Program-made: the position numbers and the translations under genes
NCBI GenBank assembly: GCA_016432465.1
Contig: CP066690.1
Location: 317,538 to 381,537, forward strand
DNA from: Candidatus Sungiibacteriota bacterium
Lineage (GTDB): Bacteria; Patescibacteriota; Minisyncoccia; Sungbacterales; HO2-52-23
DNA length: 64,000 nt
Direction: 5' to 3'
Notes under the pieces: generated by a model
What the model was told of the DNA's origin: nothing
The model's input: the letters and a program-made list of their open reading frames with translations, nothing else
Databases searched by the model: none
In this document: in pieces, positions 1 to 10,087 of the stretch
Layout: the number at the start of each line of letters is the position of its first letter
Numbering within the stretch: the stretch's first letter is position 1

Positions 1-12
1 CCTTCTTACTCA
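1..12 (-). CDS. 5' end (ATG + first codons) of a minus-strand gene that continues beyond the window start
   Basis: Reverse complement of bases 1-30 reads ctgggcAAGGAGGagtgATGagtaagaagg: strong RBS followed by ATG at 12..10; only 4 codons visible. Confidence 0.3.
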
Positions 13-207
13 TCACTCCTCCTTGCCCAGCCTTATTTGGCTGGGACTTGTTGAGTTGAGGTTTCTCGTCTTGCTCGCCTTAGCCGCAGAAAACGTTTTG
101 GTGTTTGATTTTATTTATCCTTTAAACACCTCCCTTTTAGATTCAAAGACCATACCTGAATCCAAAATACTACCGATTCAGGCGCTTATCCTAATATATA
201 GTTTAGC

Positions 208-255
208 AAAAAAAAGCGGCCTTGTCAAGAGCCCATGGGCTCGTTGAACAAGGCC
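208..255 (-). terminator. Rho-independent terminator for the 269..835 gene
   Basis: GGCCTTGT...CAAGGCC hairpin with inner GAGCCCATGGGCTC palindrome, followed on the minus strand by a T-run (A8 at 208-215 on the plus strand). Confidence 0.6.
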
Positions 256-268
256 TAATTTATTTTCG

Positions 269-835
269 CTACTGCAAGCTCTCGGGAACCTCGGCCGAAG
301 AAACTACTTTTGAAGAAACAAGTACCCCTTCAGTGATTTCTTCTGCTTCAATTTTCAGAAAAACAGGCATTCTTTGCTCAATCCTTACAAAAACAGGGAC
401 AAACTCTGACGTCTTGCTACAGAAATCCAGGGCAACGTAGGTCGGATTCCCCTTGTCTCCACGCTTCCAACAGGAGAAACCAAAGGGTTTCTCCTCTCCC
501 TCACGCGCCAGCATCATGTCTAACCGGCCACGTTGGGGATCTCGGTTGTCCATTTTTCTCCTGAACACCAGGCGCCGCAAAAGTTTACTTTCCTCGGTGA
601 AACGCGGTACGAAAATGAGTCTTCCACCCACATCCGGTCCTATTTCGTAAGCAGGATGGTAGTAGCGCGCCACCCTATCATCGTGATAATCCATGGGTGG
701 GATTGACGCCGGGACCGAAACTAGGGGATTCGGCTGTGGGACCACGTCTTTGGGAAAGGTTGTTTCCAGCGCTACCTTAAGGTCGGGGCCAAAAATCTCT
801 CCTGGGAACTTAAGCCAGATCAGTTTGGGTGGCAT
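269..835 (-). CDS. hypothetical protein
   Basis: 188-aa ORF immediately downstream of 846..1652 (co-oriented, 10-nt gap); no recognisable motifs. Confidence 0.5.
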   Translation of the reverse strand: MPPKLIWLKFPGEIFGPDLKVALETTFPKDVVPQPNPLVSVPASIPPMDYHDDRVARYYHPAYEIGPDVGGRLIFVPRFTEESKLLRRLVFRRKMDNRDPQRGRLDMMLAREGEEKPFGFSCWKRGDKGNPTYVALDFCSKTSEFVPVFVRIEQRMPVFLKIEAEEITEGVLVSSKVVSSAEVPESLQ

Positions 836-845
836 CGGACGGCCC

Positions 846-1652
846 CTACTTCCTTCGTTCCCGTGTTGCCATCAAATGCAAACCGCGCATGGCCACAACA
901 AGCTGAAGAGAGTTAATGCGGTCAGTGATGTACAGAATAGAACCATTCATAATAGTAACCAACCTGCGCAAAAACTTATCAATCAGATGCGAATACTTTG
1001 CACCTATCTTCTCACACTCCTCCATCAGGATCTGGCAGATAGTCAGTGCCCGACGACTCATAGCCAGAAGTTCATCACATCTATCCGGATTATCTTCCCA
1101 CTTCTCTTGGGCAAGATAGGTCCTAAGACCCTTACTAATCTCGCCCACAGCTTCAACCAAAGCCATAACCCACGATCCGGTCAACTCCTCGCAACCAAAC
1201 GTATCTTGTGGACGCTCCCCCAACTTAATAGCCATAATTGACGCCAAAGAGGGCTTGTAGCTGCCAAAAAAAATGTATCCAGCTGCCTGCTCATAAATCA
1301 ACGCTTCGATCGCCTCTTTAAGTGCCCGAAATCTAATAGCCGAAGAACGACCCAGTCTACGCAATCTAAAAATCCTTGCACAGTTGGTGATCAACCCTTC
1401 ATGGACAGTTTGAACATCATCCCTACCTGCCCCGGAATTACAAAACTGGATAAGTTGCTTTGCCAAAGACCTGATAACATTGTCGAGTTCGTAAGCCAAC
1501 TCTATCTGTTGCTTTTGGCTAGAAAAAACATCCTCGGCACGAACTCCAAAGTAAGCTAAGTCTTCTTGCAAGGCAATTATTATATCTTCAAGGCTGATTT
1601 CTTCACCTTCTAGTTCGGGCGCACCAACACCCTTCATTTGATCCATTGACAT
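846..1652 (-). CDS. hypothetical protein
   Basis: 268-aa ORF; RBS aggaggtaggtaATG on the minus strand upstream of 1652; no recognisable motifs. Confidence 0.55.
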   Translation of the reverse strand: MSMDQMKGVGAPELEGEEISLEDIIIALQEDLAYFGVRAEDVFSSQKQQIELAYELDNVIRSLAKQLIQFCNSGAGRDDVQTVHEGLITNCARIFRLRRLGRSSAIRFRALKEAIEALIYEQAAGYIFFGSYKPSLASIMAIKLGERPQDTFGCEELTGSWVMALVEAVGEISKGLRTYLAQEKWEDNPDRCDELLAMSRRALTICQILMEECEKIGAKYSHLIDKFLRRLVTIMNGSILYITDRINSLQLVVAMRGLHLMATRERRK

Positions 1653-1872
1653 TACCTACCTCCTCTTTCTATAGAGGTTTCGCCTCTATAGTCCACGGTG
1701 GTTGAGCCGCAGTTTCAAAGAACTGCTGAAAAGACGCAAACTAGCCCTTAAAAAGGCGGTGTTTATGGCCTTTCAGCAATACCCTTTTTCTATAATACCA
1801 TAATACGTGAACTTAAGTCAAGTTGACAGTATTGAAGAAAATTAGTATACTTCAAAGTAAGGAGGGTTCCTA

Positions 1873-2910
1873 ATGAACCTTGAAAAGGGTGAACCTAACA
1901 CACCCGATAAAGATAAACCGCCCAATATTACGGCCCAAGCGGTCCTCTACCACCCCACGGCTCCAACTACCATATGGATGATACATGACTTAGGAGATCG
2001 GGAACTTTCATGTAATCCGGAAATTCTTGAATTTTACGGCCACACCCGAAAACCGCCCGGCCTTGCCAATCCCGGCGGCGGACTGGAAAGAGGAGAAACC
2101 GTAATACAGGGAATCCGTCGCGAGATACAAGGAGAAACCGGATTTTTGGATTTTGAAATCGTGCCACTTGATTCCACCCGGCTTGACCTTTTGCGATACA
2201 GACATAAAGGCGGACACCAAGTTTTAATGCTGGAGGCGCATCTACGCTCTCTTCAACAGGGCAAAATACTTGAGCCGGAAGAAACAGATGGCGGCTGGTG
2301 GTTTGACCTTGCTGAGTCTCTGATTAGTCAGCTGATGGAATGTCCGGAAAAATTTAGTAAGGACCTATTCTATTGGTCGCATATTCGCAGATTACTGCTG
2401 GCCGTGAGCCAGCGTGATAGGCAACTTCGTTACGACGGATCTGCTGGGGCCTGTATCGGTCATCTTGTGCATCCTTCGGGGCGATTGGTTTTCCAGGTGG
2501 GCGTAGGTGATACGCGTTTTCCCAAGGCAGGGTTTAGAATTCCGTCGCAAACCAAAAAACCCAAAAAAGATTGGTATGATTTTCTGCGCTGGCTTATAGA
2601 AAATAAAATTGTAGACCCCGACCCTGATGTTGTATACCAATTTTTCACGGAAGATATCATCATGGCCAAAAATGCTGAAGAGTTAATAGAGGGAACTGCC
2701 GCTTCCATAGAACTTAAACTAAAAAGTGTGGAGGAAACAAATCCCGAGAAAGGCACAAAAGAAGAGACTGATGCTGGCGACAACGAAGAAGAGCCTGACA
2801 TCTTGCGGTGGCAGGACGCAATTATAGAGGCTCGGGACTTTGCTAGAACTTGTGCGGAAGAGGACGAGCGGTGGAAAAAATGGGCAGAAGCAAATGCCCG
2901 ATCCGACTAA
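1873..2910 (+). CDS. Nudix-hydrolase-domain protein with long C-terminal extension
   Basis: RBS AAGGAGGG 6 nt upstream of ATG 1873; N-terminal region contains GGLERGETVIQGIRREIQGETGF, which fits the Nudix box GX5EX7REUXEEXGU with one E->G substitution. Confidence 0.55.
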   Translation: MNLEKGEPNTPDKDKPPNITAQAVLYHPTAPTTIWMIHDLGDRELSCNPEILEFYGHTRKPPGLANPGGGLERGETVIQGIRREIQGETGFLDFEIVPLDSTRLDLLRYRHKGGHQVLMLEAHLRSLQQGKILEPEETDGGWWFDLAESLISQLMECPEKFSKDLFYWSHIRRLLLAVSQRDRQLRYDGSAGACIGHLVHPSGRLVFQVGVGDTRFPKAGFRIPSQTKKPKKDWYDFLRWLIENKIVDPDPDVVYQFFTEDIIMAKNAEELIEGTAASIELKLKSVEETNPEKGTKEETDAGDNEEEPDILRWQDAIIEARDFARTCAEEDERWKKWAEANARSD

Positions 2911-2948
2911 CCGACCCCGGGGCCTTTCCTGTGAAGGGCCCCAACGTC

Positions 2949-2985
2949 TTGACCCAAAACCTACGGGCACTATAATGCCCGTAGG
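2949..2985 (+). promoter_or_regulatory. sigma70-like promoter with a 10-bp inverted repeat bracketing the -10 box
   Basis: TTGACC (2949-2954), 16-nt spacer, TATAAT (2971-2976); CCTACGGGCA (2960-2969) and TGCCCGTAGG (2976-2985) are exact reverse complements. Confidence 0.5.
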
Positions 2986-3022
2986 TTGCTCCAAGTCTCA
3001 AAGGAGCAAGGAGGAAAAACGC

Positions 3023-3895
3023 ATGAAACGAACGACCGTTCTGGTTGCGACACTCCTGCTTGTTTTGGTGTTTGGAACTTCTTCGGCCTTGGCCAGCGTA
3101 GACATTGGCGGATCTCCCGGTATCTCTGGTAATCCTGAATTTTGTAATCGTGATCTTTCTACTTATAGCTACGAGGCGTGTCTGGCTTCCCTTGCCACCA
3201 ATATGGGGCATGAACTAAAGGCGCTGAGGAAGCAAGTGGCAAGGGAAAAAGGAAAACTGGCTAGAGCGCAAAGACGGTATAAGGCTGAAGTGACAAAGAA
3301 CCATGAACTTGTCAAAAGCGTGGCTAACCTAGAGGAAATGCTTAATACAGCCAAAGCTAAGCTCGCCACCGCCAAAACTCAACTTGGCAACGAGAAAGTA
3401 ACAAATACTTCGCTGCGCGGAAAACTAGATACGGCCGCCAAAACAAACAGCGGTCTATACAGCGAGAATACACAGTTGAGGATTTTTGCCGGTTTCCTAA
3501 TTTTGGTGGGCTTTGTTGTAGGGGGATTCTTTGCCGTTAAAGGACTCGGAGTGCGAAAGGCCGGCATGGGATCCGGAGAAAAGCCCCAAACCGAGAGACC
3601 AGCGTGGGACCTAAACCCCGCACCCCCTGCTACCGAGACTCATACGAACGTAATTAGATATCAGGGACTGGAAATATCTATTGAAAACAAAACTATAGTA
3701 GTAAGGGGTAGTAACCCGGACGCGGTGTTAAAGGTTGGCTTTGCTTGTCCGGAATGCCCCAAACATGGCCTTACGGCCGTAGGGGCTGGCAAATGGCGTG
3801 AGCATATAGCAAAATCGCACCAGGAACTTCTGGCCACACCTGCGCCGGCACCAACCACGGCACGAACCCTGATAGGAGTTCAGGACACAGCATAA
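3023..3895 (+). CDS. secreted/membrane coiled-coil protein with C-terminal C2H2-like zinc-binding motif
   Basis: RBS AAGGAGCAAGGAGG then ATG 3023; signal peptide MKRTTVLVATLLLVLVFGTSSALA; heptad-rich K/A/E region; one TM (FAGFLILVGFVVGGFFAV); C-terminal CPECPKHG...HIAKSH (C-x2-C-x15-H-x4-H). The longer track ORF 2840.. overlaps the upstream gene, so the internal start is preferred. Confidence 0.55.
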   Translation: MKRTTVLVATLLLVLVFGTSSALASVDIGGSPGISGNPEFCNRDLSTYSYEACLASLATNMGHELKALRKQVAREKGKLARAQRRYKAEVTKNHELVKSVANLEEMLNTAKAKLATAKTQLGNEKVTNTSLRGKLDTAAKTNSGLYSENTQLRIFAGFLILVGFVVGGFFAVKGLGVRKAGMGSGEKPQTERPAWDLNPAPPATETHTNVIRYQGLEISIENKTIVVRGSNPDAVLKVGFACPECPKHGLTAVGAGKWREHIAKSHQELLATPAPAPTTARTLIGVQDTA

Positions 3896-4121
3896 AAAAA
3901 CTTCAATCTACAGTAATCCCTTCGGTCTGCGCGGACGGCTCCTGATAAACTTGGGAGACCGGAAGCAAAGGCGTCCCGACTGGTCGGGGTCTGTGACGCA
4001 GAGAGGCTCCGGCCAACCGGAGAACTCAAAGCAACACAGTTCCTCGCGTCAGCGGGGAAGGGAAAGAAACAGTGGCGCCCCAAGCGCCACTTTATGATTA
4101 CCATTACCTTATATACCAAAA

Positions 4122-5312
4122 TCAGTTTGGAACAGGGGGAGTTTCGTTTTTTTCTTCCTTCAACACCCCAAGAGACATCCTGTGTTCTTGAGGATCAATC
4201 AATAAAATCTTAAACTGGTATTCTTTACCAAGTTCCAGCTCCGATCTCATTTTTATTTCTGTGCCAAACTCGGATATGTGAACTAAACCCTGAATTCCTG
4301 ACTCCAGCTGGGCAAAAGACCCAAAGGGGTTAAATTTGGTTACGCGGGCGCGAACCAAATCTCCTTTTTTATACTTTTCAGCTATTTTCACCCAAGGATC
4401 TTCTTTAAGCTGTTTTAAAGAAAGCGATACTTTATCCCCCTGAATGTCAATAATTTTTGCGCTGACCCTCTCCCCGAGTTTCAAAAACTCGCGCGGGTCT
4501 TCAACCAAAGACCAGTCAATTTCCGATACGTGAATCAGGCCCTCAAGTCCGGCCCCTTCGTCAAACCGCATAAACGCACCGAAGTCAACAACCCCCGTTA
4601 TTTCTCCTTCAACCACGTCTCCGATTTTATACTTAGCCAGGGCCGAACGCGTCCCTTCCAGGTCGCGACCGCGCTCGGTGAAAATTAACTTGTCTTCCGC
4701 CGGACTCAAATCAAGTATTTTTACCGTAAGCTTCTGGCCCACCAACTTTTGCAGTTCCTGAAAGATCCTCTCTTTGTCTCCGCCTTCTACCCGGGGGTAA
4801 TTTTTTGCGGAAAGCTGGGAGGCGGGAAGAAACCCCTTTACGCCGCGGGCCTCAAGTATGAGTCCTCCCTTATTGGCTTCCTGAACAGGCAGTTCTAAAA
4901 CCTCTCCCTGCTCCAGCATTTTTTTAAGATCGCTCCAGTTCTTCTCTGTCCCAGCCTCCTTCAGAGAAAGCTCAACATAGCCGTCTTCATTATCCGGATC
5001 AACTACTTTGACGCTTACTATATCGCCGGGTTTTAAATTTTTTATAATATCCTGCGCCGCATAATACTCGCGTCCGTACACAATGCCGCTACCCTGAAAA
5101 CCAATATCAATAAATAATCTGTTAGTCCGCCTTTCAATCACCGCCCCTTCTATAATATCGCCAGCCTTAAAAAGCCTGCTCCCCCCCACGGTTTTCAAAA
5201 GTAATTCCATGGGGTGTTTGCCGTGTAAAGACGTATCGGCGCTGGTTTTGTTATTATTTCCAGTTATCTCTACCATCTTGGTGAGTATACGGGATAAAAC
5301 TTTACCTAGCAA
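4122..5312 (-). CDS. rpsA: 30S ribosomal protein S1 (four S1 domains)
   Basis: Repeated S1-domain signatures (GDIIEGAVIE..., GDIVSVKVV..., GDVVEGEITGVVDFGAF..., GDLVRARVTKFNPFGSFAQL); exact start uncertain (several in-frame Met). Confidence 0.75.
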   Translation of the reverse strand: MLGKVLSRILTKMVEITGNNNKTSADTSLHGKHPMELLLKTVGGSRLFKAGDIIEGAVIERRTNRLFIDIGFQGSGIVYGREYYAAQDIIKNLKPGDIVSVKVVDPDNEDGYVELSLKEAGTEKNWSDLKKMLEQGEVLELPVQEANKGGLILEARGVKGFLPASQLSAKNYPRVEGGDKERIFQELQKLVGQKLTVKILDLSPAEDKLIFTERGRDLEGTRSALAKYKIGDVVEGEITGVVDFGAFMRFDEGAGLEGLIHVSEIDWSLVEDPREFLKLGERVSAKIIDIQGDKVSLSLKQLKEDPWVKIAEKYKKGDLVRARVTKFNPFGSFAQLESGIQGLVHISEFGTEIKMRSELELGKEYQFKILLIDPQEHRMSLGVLKEEKNETPPVPN

Positions 5313-5354
5313 GAGACGCTTCTCTGGCAGAAAAAATTATGCTACACTTAAAGA

Positions 5355-5999
5355 ATGGTTATCACTTGGCTGGGACACTCGTGTTTTAAAATCCAATCAG
5401 GAGAATTTGTTATTGTTACTGATCCCTTTTCTAAAGACATAGGCCTTACCCCGCCCCGTTTCCGGGCGGATATTGTCCTCTCCACCCACGGACATTATGA
5501 TCACTCCAACACCGAAGCCCTTACGGGGGATCCTTTTATTATCAGCGGACCGGGCGAATACGAAGCAAGGGGTGTATACATCCACGGCTTGACAACATTT
5601 CACGATAAAAATCAAGGTAAGGAGCGCGGCACCAACACGATTTATAAAATTTTGGTTGAGGGCATAAACTTGGTGCACTTGGGCGACTTTGGAGAAAAAG
5701 AGTTAAGAAGCACCACCCTTGAAGAAATTGGCGACGCCGATATCCTCATAGTGCCGGTAGGCGGAAAATACACCATAGACGCGGAGGAAGCGGCCAAGGC
5801 GGTAAAACAAATAGAGCCTAAACTGGTAATACCCATGCATTACAAAATTCCGGGCCTGAAAATTACACTTGAAGGCGTGGACGCTTTTTTAAAAGAGCTG
5901 GGTGCGGGAAAAATAGAAGCGCAGGAAAAGCTGGTAATCAAAAAGAAGGACCTGGGTGAGGGGGAAAAAACCAAAGTAGTTTTAATGAAGCCGGCCTGA
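5355..5999 (+). CDS. MBL-fold metal-dependent hydrolase (UPF0173-like)
   Basis: MVITWLGHSCFKIQ... and HGHYDHS (HxHxDH) metallo-beta-lactamase motif. Confidence 0.75.
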   Translation: MVITWLGHSCFKIQSGEFVIVTDPFSKDIGLTPPRFRADIVLSTHGHYDHSNTEALTGDPFIISGPGEYEARGVYIHGLTTFHDKNQGKERGTNTIYKILVEGINLVHLGDFGEKELRSTTLEEIGDADILIVPVGGKYTIDAEEAAKAVKQIEPKLVIPMHYKIPGLKITLEGVDAFLKELGAGKIEAQEKLVIKKKDLGEGEKTKVVLMKPA

Positions 6000-6045
6000 C
6001 CAAAACCAGCCTCCGGAAAACGCGGGTCTCACAAATCCCTAAAAA

Positions 6046-6429
6046 ATGAAACCGCTTATTAAGTTTTTAGATGCGATACGGCGCCTTCCGGAAGAAGTAA
6101 GACGCGCCCTGGCCATAACCAGCACTGTGGCTGCAGCGCTCATAATTTTTTGGGCGTGGCGCGCAGCCGTAGTATCGCGCCTGGAAAGACCCGAAGAATT
6201 TAGAATGGTTAGGGAAACACCGATTTCTACAGAAAAAAATGTTTCATCAGAACCCGATGTCCTCGCACCCTCTGCCGGACTCGTAGAAACATTTCAGTCT
6301 CTAGAAAAATTTATTGTGCCTAAGCAGGGGACCGACCAGAAAAGCATGGGGTCAAAAAGAAACATTCTTGCTAGTATCAGCAGCGGACTAGAAAAAGCGT
6401 GGAGGTATGTTTATGATCCGCTAAAATAA
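6046..6429 (+). CDS. hypothetical membrane protein
   Basis: 127-aa ORF with one TM (ALAITSTVAAALIIFWAW); stop overlaps the gyrA start (taaATG). Confidence 0.5.
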   Translation: MKPLIKFLDAIRRLPEEVRRALAITSTVAAALIIFWAWRAAVVSRLERPEEFRMVRETPISTEKNVSSEPDVLAPSAGLVETFQSLEKFIVPKQGTDQKSMGSKRNILASISSGLEKAWRYVYDPLK

Positions 6430-9400
6430 ATGAACATAGGCAGAATTCAACAAAGAGAAATAGTGGAGGAGATGCGCGAGTCGTACCTTGACTACGCCAT
6501 GTCGGTCATTGTTGCTCGCGCGCTTCCCGACGTAAGAGACGGCCTGAAACCAGTGCACCGCCGGATTTTGTATTCAATGCATGAACTTGGCCTGACGCAT
6601 TCAGCAAAAACAAGAAAATGCGCAACGATTATCGGAGACGTATTGGGTAAATACCATCCTCATGGCGACGTGGCGGTTTATGATGCGCTGGTGCGCATGG
6701 CGCAAGAATTTTCACTTCGTTATCCCCTCGTTGAGGGGCAGGGAAATTTTGGTTGTTTCACGCAAGATACAAAAGTAAAACTCACCGATGGGCGGGATCT
6801 TTCATTCGGAGAGTTGGCGGAGGAACTCAAGACCGGAAAAAAGAATTATACATACACCGTGAACAGTCTTGGGCTTGTTGGTCTCGCGGAAATAAAACAT
6901 CCGCGTCTTACGAAAAAGAAGGCCCGTGTTATCACCGTTGTTTTAGATAACGGAGAAACAATACGCTGTACGCCCGATCACCGATTTATGATGCGAGATG
7001 GAACATATAAAGAAGCCGGGTCCCTTACGGAACATGACTCGTTGATGCCGCTCTACCAAAAACTATCAACGAAAACAGACAGACTGCAACGGGAAGGATA
7101 CCTATTGGTGTACCAGCCCAAAAAAGACGAATGGGTTCCGGCTCACCACTTGGCTGACAACTATAATCTGACGCGCCATATCTACCAAAAAAATGCCGGC
7201 CGCGTACGGCATCATGTGGACTTTAACAAACTCAACAATAACCCGGACAATGTCAAAAGGCTTGGCTGGGGCGAACATTGGAAAATCCACTATACACATG
7301 CGGCAAAACAACACCAAAAACCGGAATATCGGGAAAAAATCGCGTACGGGCGACGGATGTATTGGGCGGACGAGAAAAACAAAGAACACCACCGAAGCTT
7401 ACTTGCGGAGCGAAATCGCGTTAACTGGCAAAATCCCGAGTACCGAGAACGAATGAAGACATTCCTAAGTCAAGTCAACACCGAATATGTCAAGAAGCAT
7501 CCGGAAAAGAGGAACGAGTTTAGCGAGCGGGCAACACGAACGCTCAAACGCCTGTGGCAAGATCCAGAGTACCGGGCGACGATGCATCAAAAAATCATCA
7601 AAGGGAACAAAAATCATGTCAGCAACAAAACAGGAAAGCTAAAATTTTTAAACATTTGTAAAGAAACACTGAATCGTTTTCAGATACTTGAAGAAAAAGT
7701 ATATGAGCAAGCGCGTAAAGAGGTATATCCATATGGACGGGCGCCTTTATGGAAAACCGGATTGCAAAAATACTTTGCCGGAGATTCAAACCTTGTTCAT
7801 CAGGAATTGTTTAAAAATCACCGAGTTATAAGGATTGAGGACAAAAATGAGTACGAAGACGTTTTTGATCTAACCGTTGACGGAACTCATAATTTTGCGT
7901 TAGCAGCAGGTGTTTTTGTACATAATTCAATTGATGGGGACGCCGCCGCACACTATCGCTATACCGAAGCCCGCATGACCAGAATTGCCGAAGAGCTCCT
8001 GCGCGACATTGAAAAAAATACAGTTGAATTTCGCGACAACTACGATGCCACCCGTAAAGAACCCGTAGTACTTCCTGCGGCTCTTCCCGCTCTCCTGCTT
8101 AACGGAACTCTGGGAATAGCGGTGGGAATGGCAACCAGTATTCCTCCGCATAATCTTGGCGAGGTAACTGCGGCCCTGATCCACTTTAGCGACCACCCCA
8201 AGGCCTCGCTGGAGGATCTAATGGAGTTTATCAAGGGGCCGGACTTCCCCACCGGAGGAATAATTTTTGACGAAAAAGAAATCCGCGCCTCTTACGCATC
8301 GGGCAAGGGGGCCATTTTAAATCGTGGTGTGGCCGAGATTGAAGAGGGCGGCCGCGGAGCGCACCAAATTGTAATCACGGAGATTCCGTATCAGGTAAAC
8401 AAGGCCGAACTAATAGAAACCATGGCCGGTCTCGTGCAGGAAAAGAAAATTGAGGGCATACGAGATATTCGTGACGAATCCGACCGGCAAGGCATGCGCA
8501 TAGTGATTGAACTTAAACAAGATGCGCATCCGCAGAAGGTTTTAAACAATCTTTACCGGCACACTGACCTTGAAAAAACGTTTCACCTAAACATGCTTGC
8601 TTTGGTGGATGGGATTCAGCCGCAGGTACTCTCCATAAAAGAGGTGCTGGAAGAATTTCTGAAGCACCGAAACCAAGTAGTAACCCGCCGCACCAAGTTT
8701 GACCTGACCCGAACCCGCGAGCGCCTGCATATTTTAGAAGGACTGAAAAAGGCGCTGGACCACATTGACCGCGTAATTGAAACTATTAAAAAATCCAGAG
8801 ACCGCGATGAAGCGCGTGAAAATTTAATGAAGAAATTTGCCCTAACGGAGCTGCAGGCCGCCGCAATTCTAGAGATGAAACTGCAGACGCTGGCCGGTCT
8901 TGAACGACAAAAAATAGAGGATGAACTCAAAGAAAAGACGGCACTGGCCAAAAATCTTGAGGCCCTGCTGAAAGATCCTAAGAAAATCACAGATGTTATA
9001 AAAAGGGAATTGCACGAAGTAAGGGAAAAATACGGAGACGAGCGAAAAACTAAAGTCATAAAAACATCCCCCAAAGAACTTTCCGAGGAAGATTTGATTC
9101 CCGCAGAAGAGGTAGTGGTGGTGCTGACTCGCGGCGGTTACATAAAACGGATAAAACCGGAACAATACAAAATGCAGAAGCGCGGCGGTAAGGGGCTTAT
9201 CGGGATGGAGACCAAAGAGGAAGACATGGTGGAACATTTGCTAACCTGCAATACTCACTCCAACCTTCTTTTCTTCACCAGTTCCGGAAAGATTTATCAG
9301 GTTCGGACCTACGAAATTCCGGAAGGAAGTCGTATCTCCAAAGGCAAGGCAATCTTTAACTTTTTGGCGCTTTCCAGCAATGAGCAGATAAACTCCCTTC

Positions 9401-10041
9401 TGGCCACTGCCGGAGCGAAAAAGGGAGAACGCGAGGGTTACATAGTAATGGTGACCAAAGACGGCGTCATCAAAAAGGTTACAGCTTCGGCTTTTGAGAA
9501 CGTCCGCCGCTCAGGACTAATTGCTCTAACCCTAAGGGGCGGCGATCTGCTGCGTTGGGCCAAACTAACGAGCGGCTCTGACGAACTTATACTGGTTACC
9601 AAAAAGGGACAGTCCATAAGATTTGCAGAAAAAGATGTGCGTCCCATGGGACGACAAGCCAGCGGTGTTCGGGCCGTACGTCTGAAAAAAGGTGATGAGG
9701 TGGTGGGTATGGACGTAATCAATAAGGAACAAGTAGCCAACGGTAAATTGCTGGTCATAATGGAGAACGGATTTGGCAAACACACGTTAGTTAAACAATA
9801 CAAAAGGCAACGCAGGGGCGGATCAGGCATAAAAACTGCCAAAATTACTTCCAAAACAGGAAATGTTGTCGGGGCGCGTATCGTGGACAAGGAAGAAACG
9901 GAACTAATCACTATATCCAAAAAAGGTCAGGTTATCCACACTACCCTTGCGGCCATACCCGTGCTCGGCCGCGCCACCCAAGGAGTAAGAATTATGAAAT
10001 TGGAAACAGGAGACGCGGTGGCTTCTATTACTGCGCTGTAA
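6430..10041 (+). CDS. gyrA: DNA gyrase subunit A, interrupted by an in-frame intein
   Basis: N-terminus ...[17 protein letters not shown]...GKYHPHGD...GQGNFG, then C-extein [17 protein letters not shown] (catalytic Tyr region), GyrA box and C-terminal beta-pinwheel repeats; 1203 aa against ~810 aa expected without the insert. Confidence 0.9.
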   Translation: MNIGRIQQREIVEEMRESYLDYAMSVIVARALPDVRDGLKPVHRRILYSMHELGLTHSAKTRKCATIIGDVLGKYHPHGDVAVYDALVRMAQEFSLRYPLVEGQGNFGCFTQDTKVKLTDGRDLSFGELAEELKTGKKNYTYTVNSLGLVGLAEIKHPRLTKKKARVITVVLDNGETIRCTPDHRFMMRDGTYKEAGSLTEHDSLMPLYQKLSTKTDRLQREGYLLVYQPKKDEWVPAHHLADNYNLTRHIYQKNAGRVRHHVDFNKLNNNPDNVKRLGWGEHWKIHYTHAAKQHQKPEYREKIAYGRRMYWADEKNKEHHRSLLAERNRVNWQNPEYRERMKTFLSQVNTEYVKKHPEKRNEFSERATRTLKRLWQDPEYRATMHQKIIKGNKNHVSNKTGKLKFLNICKETLNRFQILEEKVYEQARKEVYPYGRAPLWKTGLQKYFAGDSNLVHQELFKNHRVIRIEDKNEYEDVFDLTVDGTHNFALAAGVFVHNSIDGDAAAHYRYTEARMTRIAEELLRDIEKNTVEFRDNYDATRKEPVVLPAALPALLLNGTLGIAVGMATSIPPHNLGEVTAALIHFSDHPKASLEDLMEFIKGPDFPTGGIIFDEKEIRASYASGKGAILNRGVAEIEEGGRGAHQIVITEIPYQVNKAELIETMAGLVQEKKIEGIRDIRDESDRQGMRIVIELKQDAHPQKVLNNLYRHTDLEKTFHLNMLALVDGIQPQVLSIKEVLEEFLKHRNQVVTRRTKFDLTRTRERLHILEGLKKALDHIDRVIETIKKSRDRDEARENLMKKFALTELQAAAILEMKLQTLAGLERQKIEDELKEKTALAKNLEALLKDPKKITDVIKRELHEVREKYGDERKTKVIKTSPKELSEEDLIPAEEVVVVLTRGGYIKRIKPEQYKMQKRGGKGLIGMETKEEDMVEHLLTCNTHSNLLFFTSSGKIYQVRTYEIPEGSRISKGKAIFNFLALSSNEQINSLLATAGAKKGEREGYIVMVTKDGVIKKVTASAFENVRRSGLIALTLRGGDLLRWAKLTSGSDELILVTKKGQSIRFAEKDVRPMGRQASGVRAVRLKKGDEVVGMDVINKEQVANGKLLVIMENGFGKHTLVKQYKRQRRGGSGIKTAKITSKTGNVVGARIVDKEETELITISKKGQVIHTTLAAIPVLGRATQGVRIMKLETGDAVASITAL
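6754..7926 (+). mobile_element. Intein (391 aa) in gyrA carrying an HNH-type homing-endonuclease region and NUMOD-like repeats
   Basis: Starts with Cys right after GNFG (tgt at 6754); block-B TPDH; ends VFVHN (His-Asn) followed by +1 Ser (tca 7927); internal [27 protein letters not shown] (I-HmuI-like HNH) plus three ~30-aa repeats ending NPEYRE(K/R)M / DPEYRATM. Confidence 0.8.
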
Positions 10042-10087
10042 TAAACCTCATTGTGCCCCTGCTCGTTGCTATAGTAAAATAAAGACA

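Noticed and set aside
2840-3022. Long 5' extension of ORF 2840..3895 overlapping the Nudix gene
   Set aside because: The extension overlaps the upstream CDS, a terminator hairpin and a promoter; the internal ATG at 3023 has a strong RBS and begins a signal peptide
8616-9237. Minus-strand ORFs (152 and 122 aa) inside gyrA
   Set aside because: Antisense to the GyrA C-terminal region; low-complexity Ser/Phe-rich translations
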